Shown here in pieces: positions 25,165 to 35,147 of a stretch of 50,290 bases of DNA. Each line of letters begins with the position of its first letter. Positions within the stretch are counted from its first letter, which is position 1. The stretch lies in sequence record DRR723986_8357, one strand, 5' to 3'. The position numbers were made by a program, and so were the translations under genes. The notes beneath the pieces are model-generated. The model worked only from the letters and a program-made list of their open reading frames with translations. It was not told the DNA's origin and made no database searches.

Positions 25165-26451
25165 GTGCGCAGCATATTGTTCTTTATTCCTCACAGCATC
25201 GGCGGCATCCCGCTGTTCGGATTTGGTATCGCGCTCGCGGTGCTGGTCACGGGCGTGATCGGATACTTCGGATTTCTGGCGGCAAGACGTCAGTCGTTGG
25301 CCTCGGCGGTTGGAACGCTTCCGATGTGGGTGATTATGGGCCTCGCGATCGTCTACTTGGTTCCCAATATTGAGCAGGTTGCCCCAAGTGGAGAGCCGAT
25401 TGGTCTGCCAGTTCGCGGTTACGGTGTTATGGTCTTGGCGGGTTTGCTAAGCGGTGTCGGGATAACCTGTTTGCGTGGATCGCGGCTTGGGATCAACTCC
25501 GATACGGTCATCGGACTTGGCTTTTGGATGATGCTGGTCGGTGTTGTTGGAGCACGCGTTTTCTATGTTGTTCAGAAGTGGAATGAATTCGCCGGAGAAA
25601 CGCTGGTCCAAAAACTGAGCGAAGCACTGAAGGTCACCGAAGGCGGACTGGTCATTTACGGTGGAGTCATTGGCGGACTCGTTGGCGGTTGGCTGTACTG
25701 CCGAAAGCACCAGTTGCCGATCATGTCGACTGCCGATTTGATTGCCCCAGGGTTCTTGGTTGGTTTGTCTTTTGGGCGGATTGGCTGCTTGCTTCATGGG
25801 TGTTGCTTTGGCGGAGTTTGCGAAGCTCCGTTGCCGACAATCAGCTTTCCAAACGGCAGTGTGCCTTACCAGGCCCAGGTGATCGAAGGGAGTCTGCTTG
25901 GGGTCGAAGTTGACGGAAGCAAACTGCCCGCAACCGTTAAAAGCCTGGACAGCGATGGTCCAGCGACGACGGGAAATCTGCGGGTTGGCGACCGGATCAC
26001 GAACATTGTTTCGCACCAAATCGGTGACGAGGAAGCTTCCGATCCTGCGGCGACAGTTCCAGTCGTTGCAGAGATTCGTACCGAAGTTGGCTCGGTCTTT
26101 GTGCCGCCCGAGCGAATGCCGGACTGGTCGTTGCCGGTACATCCATCACAGATTTATGCGTCCATCAACGCCGCCCTTCTCGCGCTGTTGATTTGGCACC
26201 TACAGCCATTGCCCAAACGTGACGGTGTGGCCTTTCTAGTCGCGATTGCTTGCTATGCAGTTTCGCGTTTCGTGCTCGAATGGGTGCGAAGTGACGAAGC
26301 TGGGCAACTCGGTACAAGCTTCACGATCTCGCAGCTAATCGCCATGTGCAGTGGTGGAGTCGCACTTCTAGCTTTAATTGCGCTCAGCAGAATGCCAGCA
26401 AAGCGAGCTTGGAACTGGCGGGCGTCCGGCTTAGTTGATAGCAACGCCTGA
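25165..26451 (+). CDS. lgt: Prolipoprotein diacylglyceryl transferase with a periplasmic PDZ-like insert
   Basis: YGVMV, GARVFYV, GGLVIYGG, GRIGCLLHGCCFG, HPSQIY, RFVLEWVR.D, SQ. Confidence 0.92.
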   Translation: MRSILFFIPHSIGGIPLFGFGIALAVLVTGVIGYFGFLAARRQSLASAVGTLPMWVIMGLAIVYLVPNIEQVAPSGEPIGLPVRGYGVMVLAGLLSGVGITCLRGSRLGINSDTVIGLGFWMMLVGVVGARVFYVVQKWNEFAGETLVQKLSEALKVTEGGLVIYGGVIGGLVGGWLYCRKHQLPIMSTADLIAPGFLVGLSFGRIGCLLHGCCFGGVCEAPLPTISFPNGSVPYQAQVIEGSLLGVEVDGSKLPATVKSLDSDGPATTGNLRVGDRITNIVSHQIGDEEASDPAATVPVVAEIRTEVGSVFVPPERMPDWSLPVHPSQIYASINAALLALLIWHLQPLPKRDGVAFLVAIACYAVSRFVLEWVRSDEAGQLGTSFTISQLIAMCSGGVALLALIALSRMPAKRAWNWRASGLVDSNA

Positions 26452-26790
26452 AATCGGTGAATGCGGCGGCCCTTCGTTAGGCAAACTTCAGCCGTTTTGG
26501 TGTGGAATCTACGCCGTAACGGGTGCGGAGATTCGACGGACACTGCCTCGCACGAGTCTACGCAACGCGAAAGCGATTCACATTTTGCCGAAAAAATGGC
26601 CTCCAAGGGCGGATAAAACTTCGTTAATCGGCAATTCGACGGTTGTATACAGCCAAATATCAGGTGGGATACCCCATCAGGGGGTGTTTTGTTGGCTTGG
26701 GCGTCGTTAGATTGTGTGCGTCGTTTGGAGGCAACTTCGGAAGCCTCCCTTGGCTGGCCCACCTAACTCGTAGAGAGAAACCGCATATCG

Positions 26791-27567
26791 ATGTGTCTAC
26801 TGGCCGTTCTCTATCGCCTTGTTCCAGAGAGCCCGATTCTTGTTGCTGCAAATAGGGAAGAATACTACGACCGTCCATCACAGCCACCTTCAATTCAATC
26901 AGGGAAACCACGCGTCCTTTGTGGTCTGGACCAACGAGCCGGAGGCACTTGGTTAGGAGTCAATCAACACGGTATGTTTGTCGGCGTCTGCAGCCGACGC
27001 ACCAACAACGAGCAACTTGGAGCCCGAAGTCGTGGCTTGCTAGCTCGTGAGGTACTTCGCACCGGCAGCGCTCGCAAGGGTGTGGACAAAGCCGTCGAAG
27101 AAATGATGAGCGAACGTTACGAAGCGCTCAACATGGTTATCTGCGATGCCGAGAGCGGCTGGGTCATTAACGCTGACCAAGAGCCCGAGATCTCTCCTCT
27201 TGAGGAAGGGTTGAACATTATCGGTAACCAGGACATGAATGATCCTACCGATGAACGCGTTCGCCTTGCTCACAGACTCCTGACACTGCAGATGTTGGAT
27301 TCGCCAGTGAAATTCCTCGCGGTGGCCAGTAAGGTCTTCGCACGAGCACCGTCTCCACCGGGACGGCCGACAATGGTGATGCGTGGCAATGACTACGGAA
27401 CAGTTAGCAGTACGCTGATTGCTTTAAGTCCAAAGCCTCGCGACGCAATCTTCCAGTTTGCTTCTGGCGCACCAGATGAAGCGAAGTATGAAGATTATTC
27501 GCCCATGTTACGTGACATCCTCAGTCGCGGACTTCGCGAAGCTCGTTCCAAGGCTAAGGCAACCTAG
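26791..27567 (+). CDS. NRDE family (TANGO2-like) protein
   Basis: MCLL start, AANREEYYDRP, D.RAGGTWLGVN, SRG.L, YGTVSST. Confidence 0.9.
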   Translation: MCLLAVLYRLVPESPILVAANREEYYDRPSQPPSIQSGKPRVLCGLDQRAGGTWLGVNQHGMFVGVCSRRTNNEQLGARSRGLLAREVLRTGSARKGVDKAVEEMMSERYEALNMVICDAESGWVINADQEPEISPLEEGLNIIGNQDMNDPTDERVRLAHRLLTLQMLDSPVKFLAVASKVFARAPSPPGRPTMVMRGNDYGTVSSTLIALSPKPRDAIFQFASGAPDEAKYEDYSPMLRDILSRGLREARSKAKAT

Positions 27568-27600
27568 AATCGCCGTTGGCTTTGAACTGCAAAACTATCG

Positions 27601-27639
27601 TGGCTGGCTTGATACTCTCAGGTCAGCCATTTTTTTTTT
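27601..27639 (+). terminator. Rho-independent terminator
   Basis: 12-bp stem TGGCTGGCTTGA / TCAGGTCAGCCA, 5-nt loop, followed by T10. Confidence 0.85.
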
Positions 27640-27681
27640 CGTATACAACCTCCTCGTCATTACTTTGAAGAAAGCTCCCCC

Positions 27682-28170
27682 ATGGATGCAAAAGCAGCAA
27701 TCAAGTCTACGTTCAAACTCACCGACATGGTCTTCAAAGCGTACTTTGGCGACATGACCAAGGAAGAATTGATGATGCGACCCGCCGAAGGATGCAATCA
27801 CATCGCCTATCAGGTTGGGCATGTTATTGCATCGGAGGTGCAGTTGCTCTCGGGGATTACCGACGGTGCGGCGACTCTGCCCGATGGGTTTGCGGATCAG
27901 TATTCCAAAGAGAACAACAGTTGCGATGACGCGGAGAAATTTCTATCGGCCGAAGAGTACGTCAAGCTGTATGATTCAATTCGCGAAGCCTCAATAGCCG
28001 CTTTGGATGCAATGCCCGAAGGCGAGCTGGACGCGGAATCACCCGAGAGCTTACGCTCCTTTGCACCGACGAAGTGTGATGTCTTGAATTTGATCGCAAA
28101 CCATCCCATGATGCACGCTGGGCAGTTCGTAATCGTTCGCCGTAAAGCTGGTAAGCCAATTGTGATGTAG
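27682..28170 (+). CDS. DinB family protein
   Basis: RP....NHIAYQVGHVI.SE and H.MMHAGQ...RRK.GKP. Confidence 0.85.
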   Translation: MDAKAAIKSTFKLTDMVFKAYFGDMTKEELMMRPAEGCNHIAYQVGHVIASEVQLLSGITDGAATLPDGFADQYSKENNSCDDAEKFLSAEEYVKLYDSIREASIAALDAMPEGELDAESPESLRSFAPTKCDVLNLIANHPMMHAGQFVIVRRKAGKPIVM

Positions 28171-28200
28171 ATCCAAGTGGGCGTTGGTCCGACCTGCGGC

Positions 28201-28851
28201 TCACAATTCTGCCAATTGAAGCAGGTGCCAAATGGCGTAGGCATGGCAGCCCGAGCCGCACATGACGGCAAGATGCCATATCGCGTGCGAAAACTTCCAT
28301 CGCTTGCTTTTGTTAAGGAAGAAGATGCCGCCGGTGTAGCAAATGCCGCCGTAGAGCATCCATTGGAAGCAGACGTTGGGTGTCTGCTTCCAAAGTATCA
28401 TCGCGGGAATCCATCCCAGCAGGACGTAGGTCGCCGTTGAAATCGCATTGATTCTGTGACTCAACGCGACCTTGGAAATGAATCCTACGATTGCTGCCAG
28501 CCATACGCCAGCGAAGATCACATTTCGCCACCCGTCCGGGCTGCCTTGCCAAATGAATGGCGAGTACGTGCCGGCGATCAAGAAATAGATCGTCCCCTGG
28601 TCCCATGCCCGCATGGTTTGGCGTCTCCTCGGCTGGGTAACTGCATGAGAGAGCGTAGAGAAAAGATAGACGATAGCCATCGAGATCGTGAAGAGCCAGC
28701 AAGCAGCACGAAGGCCAAACGCGGCCTGTGATGTTTGCATTGCAAAGAAGACACCGAGTGCAATGCTGAGTACGAAACCCACGGCATGCGTCAGAGTGTT
28801 TGCTCGCTCGTCCGCAGGGCTAAGATAAAGAACATCGTTTTGCACGGTCAC
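28201..28851 (-). CDS. Hemolysin III / PAQR family membrane protein
   Basis: ERANTLTH, STLSH, DQGTIYFLIAGTYSP, GGICYTGG, HAIWHL; probable GTG start at 28851. Confidence 0.9.
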   Translation of the reverse strand: MTVQNDVLYLSPADERANTLTHAVGFVLSIALGVFFAMQTSQAAFGLRAACWLFTISMAIVYLFSTLSHAVTQPRRRQTMRAWDQGTIYFLIAGTYSPFIWQGSPDGWRNVIFAGVWLAAIVGFISKVALSHRINAISTATYVLLGWIPAMILWKQTPNVCFQWMLYGGICYTGGIFFLNKSKRWKFSHAIWHLAVMCGSGCHAYAIWHLLQLAEL

Positions 28852-28876
28852 CCAGAGTCCCCTTTTCAAGCAGCGG

Positions 28877-29263
28877 CTATGATGGAGTGCTTCGGTGAAA
28901 GTGGACGTGCTTCCACTGTCCATCTTGCCGCTGCCAAACACGTGTCTCCTCGGCAGGAGCGGTCATCGGACTCTCACCTTTCGATTGAGACTGCGTCAAT
29001 CGGAGATACGACACGACAGCGACATCTCCCATAATGCGGACATGCGGAGAAGAGATCGTCGTGTGCTTTCGCACCGAGTCTGAGCTTGCTTGGTCAAAGT
29101 AGAACTTGTGGAAGTCCATCCCCTCAACCAAGTTTCCAACGGCCTCTGGCTCAAAACAGGTTAAGTCGGGCGCGCACAGTTCTTCGTAGACAGCCCAGTT
29201 TCCTGTCGCAATTGAATCGAGCAACGACTTTGTCAGGTTCAGCAGTAGATCAGTCTCGGCCAT
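28877..29263 (-). CDS. NTF2-like CaMKII association (hub) domain protein (DUF4440-like)
   Basis: LC.PDLTCFEPEAVGNLVEGMDFHKFYF, PHV, YLRLTQ, ETRVWQRQDGQWKHVHFHRS. Confidence 0.88.
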   Translation of the reverse strand: MAETDLLLNLTKSLLDSIATGNWAVYEELCAPDLTCFEPEAVGNLVEGMDFHKFYFDQASSDSVRKHTTISSPHVRIMGDVAVVSYLRLTQSQSKGESPMTAPAEETRVWQRQDGQWKHVHFHRSTPS

Positions 29264-29323
29264 TGTAATTAAGCTCCATGGAATCACGTTCAAGGAGGGC
29301 TGGCAAACAGAGTCTTTGCAGGA

Positions 29324-30139
29324 CTAGCTTTGTCGCCGCTTGCGTCGTCGTTTTCTTCTGGAAGCCAGCGATACAGGAAACTCCGCAGCGCCGCCAAGCG
29401 AAACAACTTGTTTGGCCCATTGAAGGATCATTCGATCTGACTGAGCGAGTTCCGGCGTTGGTGTGGCATCTGCTTGTTCGGGTTGTTCATCCACTCGAGA
29501 ACGAGCGTCGTTCTCATCGACGGGCCAAATCGGAGTGCCGAAAGTGATCCCCACGTGCCCTCGCATGAAAACGGGGCTCCAAACTGTTCGAAAGTACGGA
29601 CTCCCTTCGATGTGCAGTGGGATGATAGGTTGCCCAGCCTTTTCGGCTACCGTAGCCGCGCCGCTGCGGACCGGCAGGAGTGGAAGATTGGTGTGATTGA
29701 GCTGGCCCTCTGGGAACATGCCAACCAAACTGCCCTGTTTGGCATACGCGATGGCTTGTTTCGTGGAGGCTGTATCCACACCTGAGCGATTTGTTGGGAT
29801 GACTTCAAATTGTTTGAGCAGGAATCCGAAGACGGGATGGCGGCAGTATTCAGCGGCTACCATCCAGTGGATACGACGTTTCGCAGCAAGTTGCACAAAG
29901 AATGGGTCGACACTGCTGCGGTGGTTGGCGACGAGTACACCGCCGGTTGCAATCTCTGCAGGTGCTTTATTCTTGAAGTGAACTCGCCAAACGAGTCGCC
30001 CCATCAAGTAAGTCGGAATATAAAGAAACGTTTCCCAGGGATTGTAGTCGCTGCTACGTCCCAGACGAATCGCGTAGATCACCGTAGCGATTAACAGGCA
30101 CACGCACCAGCCAGCGGACCATAGTTCGTGTTGCGTCAT
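29324..30139 (-). CDS. plsC: 1-acyl-sn-glycerol-3-phosphate (lysophospholipid) acyltransferase, PlsC family
   Basis: NHRSSVD (HX4D) and FPEG motifs; ATGA overlap with the miaA stop. Confidence 0.85.
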   Translation of the reverse strand: MTQHELWSAGWCVCLLIATVIYAIRLGRSSDYNPWETFLYIPTYLMGRLVWRVHFKNKAPAEIATGGVLVANHRSSVDPFFVQLAAKRRIHWMVAAEYCRHPVFGFLLKQFEVIPTNRSGVDTASTKQAIAYAKQGSLVGMFPEGQLNHTNLPLLPVRSGAATVAEKAGQPIIPLHIEGSPYFRTVWSPVFMRGHVGITFGTPIWPVDENDARSRVDEQPEQADATPTPELAQSDRMILQWAKQVVSLGGAAEFPVSLASRRKRRRKRRQS

Positions 30140-31125
30140 GATGTTGAACAATCTGAGTCAATGGATGGGCTGGTGAACCAGTCGAATGCCTGGTTCGCGA
30201 GGTGTTCGCTTGTCGACTCTGGAGTGACTTCAAGGCCAGTGAGTTCGGAGAGTCCGCGGAACCAAATTTCTTGGCGGCGGGCAAACTGTCGAGTGTGCGC
30301 TTTGATCAACTCGACGGCCTCGGGCAGAGTCACGCTGCCGGCTAGGTGCGAGATAACTTCCTTGTAACCGACCGCTTGAGCAGCGGTTCGGCCCAGGGCG
30401 GAGTAACGGTCAAGCAGCCCCTGAACCTCGTCCACTAGGCCTTCCGTAATCATGTTGTCGACACGGGCGTTGATCCGCTCGTGCAGCCAACTGCGGTCGA
30501 GCCGAAGGACCATGCAGGGGCATTCGTCACGCGACGCGGGTGTTTCGAATTGCTGTTGCCAGTGGCTGAGTGGTCTGCCAGTGATGCGAGCAACTTCCAG
30601 CGCCCGGATTGCCCGCCGTCGATCGTTCGGGTGCAACTTGTGCGCAAGCAAAGGGTCGACCTGCATCAGTCGCTCACGCAAAACTTCGTCACCTCGCTGC
30701 TCCACATCTTGTTCGACTGCGTTGCGGAATTCCCAGTCGGCTTCGGGCCCGAGGAAAAGCCCCCGCAGGAGACTTTTCAAATACAGTGGTGTTCCGCCAG
30801 AGATCAAGACCTGCTTTCCACGTTGCCGGATCTCCGATGCGATTTTGTGTGCTGATTGAACATATGCGGAAACGCTGAACGATTCAGTCGGCTCCAGGAT
30901 GTCGATCATGTGGTGCGGGACGCCCGACTGCTCCGCTGCTGACGGCTTGGCGGTGCCGATATCCATCCCTCGGTAGATTGCCATGGAATCCATGGAAATT
31001 ACTTCTGCATCGAGTCGCTTGGCTAGCTCGATGGTAATGGCCGTTTTTCCACTCGACGTAGGGCCAGTGAGAAAGAAACAGTTTTTCAGTGGTGGGAGAA
31101 TCCACTCTGTATTATCAGTTTCCAT
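30136..31125 (-). CDS. miaA: tRNA (adenosine(37)-N6)-dimethylallyltransferase
   Basis: GPTSSGKT, DSMAIYRGMDIGTAKP, GGTPLY, RAIRALEV, AVGYKE, TRQFARRQ.WF. Confidence 0.96.
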   Translation of the reverse strand: METDNTEWILPPLKNCFFLTGPTSSGKTAITIELAKRLDAEVISMDSMAIYRGMDIGTAKPSAAEQSGVPHHMIDILEPTESFSVSAYVQSAHKIASEIRQRGKQVLISGGTPLYLKSLLRGLFLGPEADWEFRNAVEQDVEQRGDEVLRERLMQVDPLLAHKLHPNDRRRAIRALEVARITGRPLSHWQQQFETPASRDECPCMVLRLDRSWLHERINARVDNMITEGLVDEVQGLLDRYSALGRTAAQAVGYKEVISHLAGSVTLPEAVELIKAHTRQFARRQEIWFRGLSELTGLEVTPESTSEHLANQAFDWFTSPSIDSDCSTS

Positions 31126-31351
31126 GTCGCTGTAAATGTCAGTCGCCGTTAAGTGTCTCGTGTGCGTAACTTAGCTCTGCGAGGGTGTCTAGTTCGCTAG
31201 TGGCAGGGAATTTGGAGTAGGTTTGCGGGCAGCCTGTCGGGCGGGTCGTGCAAATTAGACCTGAATATTATCATGTCTGCGTCAAATTCATATCAGACGC
31301 CGACGCGACCCTACTCGAAGCTCTCAATAGCAAAAGAATTGACCCTACAGA

Positions 31352-31711
31352 ATGGCGAATCAAGATTCTCAGGACGTATTCGAGCGATTAATGGCTGAGG
31401 TGCACCGCCGGGCACGCGAAATGCCAGAAGGCTCCTATACGACGAAGCTGATTGCTGGCGGGGCGGCCGCGATGGGCGCGAAGATAACCGAGGAAGCGGC
31501 CGAGGTGGTCGATGCGGCTGAAAATGATGATCCCGAAAAGCCCGAGCATCTGATCTACGAAGCGTGTGACTTGATTTACCATTTGTGGGTGCTCTTGGGC
31601 AGCCGCGGTATCGAAATGGACCAGCTTCGCAAAGAGCTCGAGCGACGCGAGGGCACATCTGGATTGAAGGAAAAGGCGTCACGCGGAAAGACGCCAGAAA
31701 CGGGCGAGTAA
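31352..31711 (+). CDS. hisE: Phosphoribosyl-ATP diphosphatase
   Basis: GSYTTKL, KITEEAAEV, EACDLIYH, ELERREGTSGL.EK. Confidence 0.95.
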   Translation: MANQDSQDVFERLMAEVHRRAREMPEGSYTTKLIAGGAAAMGAKITEEAAEVVDAAENDDPEKPEHLIYEACDLIYHLWVLLGSRGIEMDQLRKELERREGTSGLKEKASRGKTPETGE

Positions 31712-31788
31712 CTTCAGCGCGAATCACGCGGCCGAGCGGAACAGATCGCACTTAAACAAAGAAACGTCGACAAGAACAAACTGGTCAA

Positions 31789-32649
31789 ATGCCAAATAGC
31801 AACAACTTGAAAATTGGTGTCCCAAGCAAAGGTCGCCTAAGTGAACTGGCAACCGCACTGCTCAAGCAGGCCGGGTTACAGTTCAGACGGCAGGAACGCA
31901 CCTTGTTCGCTCGCGTGAAGAATTTTCCGATCGACATTATCTTCCTGCGAACCGACGACATACCGATCCTTTGCGAAGAAGGAGCTCTCGACGTTGGTAT
32001 CACTGGCAGTGACTTGGTTGCTGAGAGCCGAGCCGACATAACAACGCGAATGAAGTTAGGCGTCGGGCATTGTCGACTGAGCATTTGTGTGCCCGAGGAA
32101 AGCGAGATTAAGACAGCCAGTGAGTTGGACGGCAAGCGAATCGCGACAAGCTTTCCAAAAGTCACCGAGACATTCTTGGCGGAAAACGATGCCAAGGCGC
32201 GAATGGTCGAATTGTCCGGTTCGGTTGAGATCATGATTTCTCTGGGCGTTGCGGATGCCATCGTCGACTTGGTGGAAACGGGCAGTACGCTGGCAGCCAA
32301 TCGGCTGCGAGTTCTCGAGGATATTGGCAGCTACGAAACTGTCTTAATTCAAAATTCACATTCCCGGCATTCGGAGATCGTCGATCGCGTCGTACGTCGG
32401 CTGGAAGGCGTCGTGATTGCTCGCGATTATTCTCTCCTTGAGTACAATGTTCCGCGTGAGCACTTGGCCGAGGCTGAGAAGATTACTCCTGGTTATAATT
32501 CCCCGACGGTAAGTGCCTTGGAGGATGAAAAGTGGTGTTCAGTTCGCACGATGGTGCGACGTAAGGACGTCATCACGGCAATGGAAAAGCTTGAGGCAAT
32601 CGGTGCTTCTGCTATTTTGGAAACGACAATTACAAATTGTCGTCTTTAA
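31789..32649 (+). CDS. hisG: ATP phosphoribosyltransferase (long form)
   Basis: PSKGRL, R.DDIP, D.GITG.D, RIATSFP, GSVE, DLVETGSTL, C-terminal regulatory domain with SPTVS. Confidence 0.96.
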   Translation: MPNSNNLKIGVPSKGRLSELATALLKQAGLQFRRQERTLFARVKNFPIDIIFLRTDDIPILCEEGALDVGITGSDLVAESRADITTRMKLGVGHCRLSICVPEESEIKTASELDGKRIATSFPKVTETFLAENDAKARMVELSGSVEIMISLGVADAIVDLVETGSTLAANRLRVLEDIGSYETVLIQNSHSRHSEIVDRVVRRLEGVVIARDYSLLEYNVPREHLAEAEKITPGYNSPTVSALEDEKWCSVRTMVRRKDVITAMEKLEAIGASAILETTITNCRL

Positions 32650-32763
32650 AAGTCAGCCCGCTGATCCACCGATGTGTTAAAATGGCCGTTCAGCTTGGCT
32701 TGCAGGTTTTTGCGAAGCTTCTGCTGTAATGACGGCCGTCAGGATCTAACGCGTTGGTGAACC

Positions 32764-34509
32764 GTGAATGCCCCCAAGACGCAAAGTCTGTCCCTTCAAG
32801 AATTGATTAATCAGCACGGCATCCCGCCGACAGAGGTCTGTCTGGATTGGGCCTTTCAAGTGCAGGAGATTGATTCTAGGCGAGCACGCAATTCAGATGT
32901 GTCTCCGGAAGACTTGGATGAGGTTCTTGCCCACGTGGGGGTTGATTCGCAGGGTAGACTGCAGGTCCCCGATTCTGTTAATTGCTCAGGCCTTGCCCAC
33001 CAGTTTCTCCTGTGGGCCGACGGGCCCCACCAAGCTACCGCGCCCGGCATCGGCGATTCAGAAGTTCGCCAACTGAAGGGGATGCTCGACGCATCGGCAA
33101 GCAAGTCTGATCCTCGCGCTTCGCGGTCAACGCAACCTGGATCGCCACTGCTTGTCAAATCAGATGCAGTAGATGGAAAAGTGCGAAGTGCTGCGCGAGC
33201 CAAAGCCAGGAAGTCAGGGCCGAAACCACTGGTGCTGTGGGCGATTGGAACGGTCGCCGGGCTCATCGTGCTTGCCGCCGTTTGGTTTTCTTGGCCAACA
33301 AACTCAGTTGATCTAGCTCAGTCAAATGCAAATGCCACACCGGCCGTGAACGTCGAGCAAGATCGTACCAATGGTGGCGCCGACGATTCTGAATTAACAA
33401 TGTTGGATTCACTTGATCATTCTGAGTTGCCAACCGATGGCCAAGACGAATCCTCAAGCGATACGGCGGCCGATGTTCTTGCTGGACTGGCCGCCGATTT
33501 TGATGCTTCGGTCGGAACCGCCCCAGCCACAGCACCGGCACCTGGAAATAAGAGCAACGATGCAACTAGTGGGGTCGGCAATCTTGAGGTGCCACAAGTA
33601 GCGGACGACTTGAAGTTGGAAACGCTGCCCGACGCCCTTGCCGAAAGGTCTGGACCAGTTGGCGAGCTTGTCGACGAGGAGCCGATCGATGTGCTTTCTC
33701 AGTTAGAGGGAATCCAGTTTGATGAGAAGCCAGCCAATGTGCAGGTGCCCTACCCTGGTGACGCTGGCGAATCGCAATCAAAACCTTTGGTAATCGGACT
33801 TGTCCCAGTCGTTCAGACTCAGAAGGTCGATGTGCCACGAGGGACCCGAGTTCGCGAGCCAAGATGGTCGGTTGGCTTGGTGAGCTCTGAAGGACTGACT
33901 GTTTCACCGAACGCACCGGTTGAGTTGAAACGTCGACAACCTGCTCTCTGGGAAATTACCGCCAAAGAAGGTGATTTGGAATCCGACGCTAAGATTGCAG
34001 TCATGGCTGAACTACTGACTGCATCGTGGACCGTTCGTTGGACAACGGTTCTGCGATCCTCAAAGTATCCTGCAGTCCGCTTACCTCTGTCGGATGCGTA
34101 CCTGAACCAAGCGGAGACGATCCTAATCAATATCGTTAAGCGGCTTTCCACCCAAGAGGCGATGTTGGATGCCATGGCAAAGAACCGCAGCTTGCCTGCA
34201 GAATCAAAGGCCGTTGCACGTCGTCGATCAGCGGCTGTTGGCGAGCAGCTTGAGCTAGCTCAAGCTATGTTGCAAATTGCGCTCGACGGTAAGCGTCTAA
34301 TTGGTTGGTCTGACGGACTGCTAGAAGTCCATGCCGAAGTCTACGATGATCGGCGTAGCTCCGACCAGGGCGGACCTGGAAGCGTTGTCGTTTCATTCGG
34401 AGACTTCAAAGCAGCAACGAATCGCGGCAATTCCAAGAATGCAAATAAGTCAGACGCCGAGAATATGAGCGGCGACGCGATGAGTGGCGATGACGGTGAT
34501 GCGAAGTGA
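32764..34509 (+). CDS. Hypothetical bitopic membrane protein
   Basis: 581 aa, one TM helix (VLWAIGTVAGLIVLAAVWF), acidic low-complexity linker. Confidence 0.7.
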   Translation: MNAPKTQSLSLQELINQHGIPPTEVCLDWAFQVQEIDSRRARNSDVSPEDLDEVLAHVGVDSQGRLQVPDSVNCSGLAHQFLLWADGPHQATAPGIGDSEVRQLKGMLDASASKSDPRASRSTQPGSPLLVKSDAVDGKVRSAARAKARKSGPKPLVLWAIGTVAGLIVLAAVWFSWPTNSVDLAQSNANATPAVNVEQDRTNGGADDSELTMLDSLDHSELPTDGQDESSSDTAADVLAGLAADFDASVGTAPATAPAPGNKSNDATSGVGNLEVPQVADDLKLETLPDALAERSGPVGELVDEEPIDVLSQLEGIQFDEKPANVQVPYPGDAGESQSKPLVIGLVPVVQTQKVDVPRGTRVREPRWSVGLVSSEGLTVSPNAPVELKRRQPALWEITAKEGDLESDAKIAVMAELLTASWTVRWTTVLRSSKYPAVRLPLSDAYLNQAETILINIVKRLSTQEAMLDAMAKNRSLPAESKAVARRRSAAVGEQLELAQAMLQIALDGKRLIGWSDGLLEVHAEVYDDRRSSDQGGPGSVVVSFGDFKAATNRGNSKNANKSDAENMSGDAMSGDDGDAK

Positions 34510-34523
34510 GCTTGCGCGGCTGG

Positions 34524-35066
34524 CTAGCGAGCGAAAATGGTCTCGCCAAGTTGGGTTTGAAACACCAAGCAGCGTCGGGACCATCGCGAAAGTGTGAGTG
34601 TTCGTCCCGCAATGGTAAGAGTTGGACCGACTTCACTGTATGACTTTAGACCGCGTGATTCTTCACTGGGTGATTCTTCACTGTGCAACTTAGATGTCAG
34701 TTGCAGCAATATGCCTTGTTCAGAGCCAGCGACTTTGATGAACGCGTGTCCGCGATGGTCATCGCTGACAACAATCGCTTGCAGAGCGATATTGGGAACC
34801 GCGGGAAGTTCCTTTGATTCGGTGACTTCCTGTGAGAACCCTGGCCGGTTCGAAAGCAGGCGATCACGTAATTCGCCCTTCAAGGTCATTGGATCCGCGA
34901 CAACTGTGTCTGTGGTTAACGCGGGCGGTGATGCAAATGGCAGTTCATTAGCAGGTGCCATTGTTTGCTGAGCAATTCCGTGCTCCGGCGTAGATCCGCT
35001 GACTATGGCCACTATTGCTGCCAGGGATCGGATGCTAACAGCGGCGTTTGAGAGTACTTGCGACAT
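34524..35066 (-). CDS. Hypothetical exported protein, last gene of the T2SS/T4P cluster (possibly PilP/GspC-like)
   Basis: Signal-like N-terminus, IALQAIVV...GHAFIKV beta motif, co-oriented with the cluster. Confidence 0.55.
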   Translation of the reverse strand: MSQVLSNAAVSIRSLAAIVAIVSGSTPEHGIAQQTMAPANELPFASPPALTTDTVVADPMTLKGELRDRLLSNRPGFSQEVTESKELPAVPNIALQAIVVSDDHRGHAFIKVAGSEQGILLQLTSKLHSEESPSEESRGLKSYSEVGPTLTIAGRTLTLSRWSRRCLVFQTQLGETIFAR

Positions 35067-35147
35067 GGTCGGTTAAACTGTGTAGTTAACGTTTCAGCAA
35101 TGCTTCCTTGCCGGGTTGAGCTCGTCCTTGATGCATGATGGTCCTGT

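Noticed and set aside
34655-34684. GTGATTCTTCACTG tandem duplication
   Set aside because: Small in-frame duplication (SEESP/SEESR) inside a CDS; no sign of wider significance
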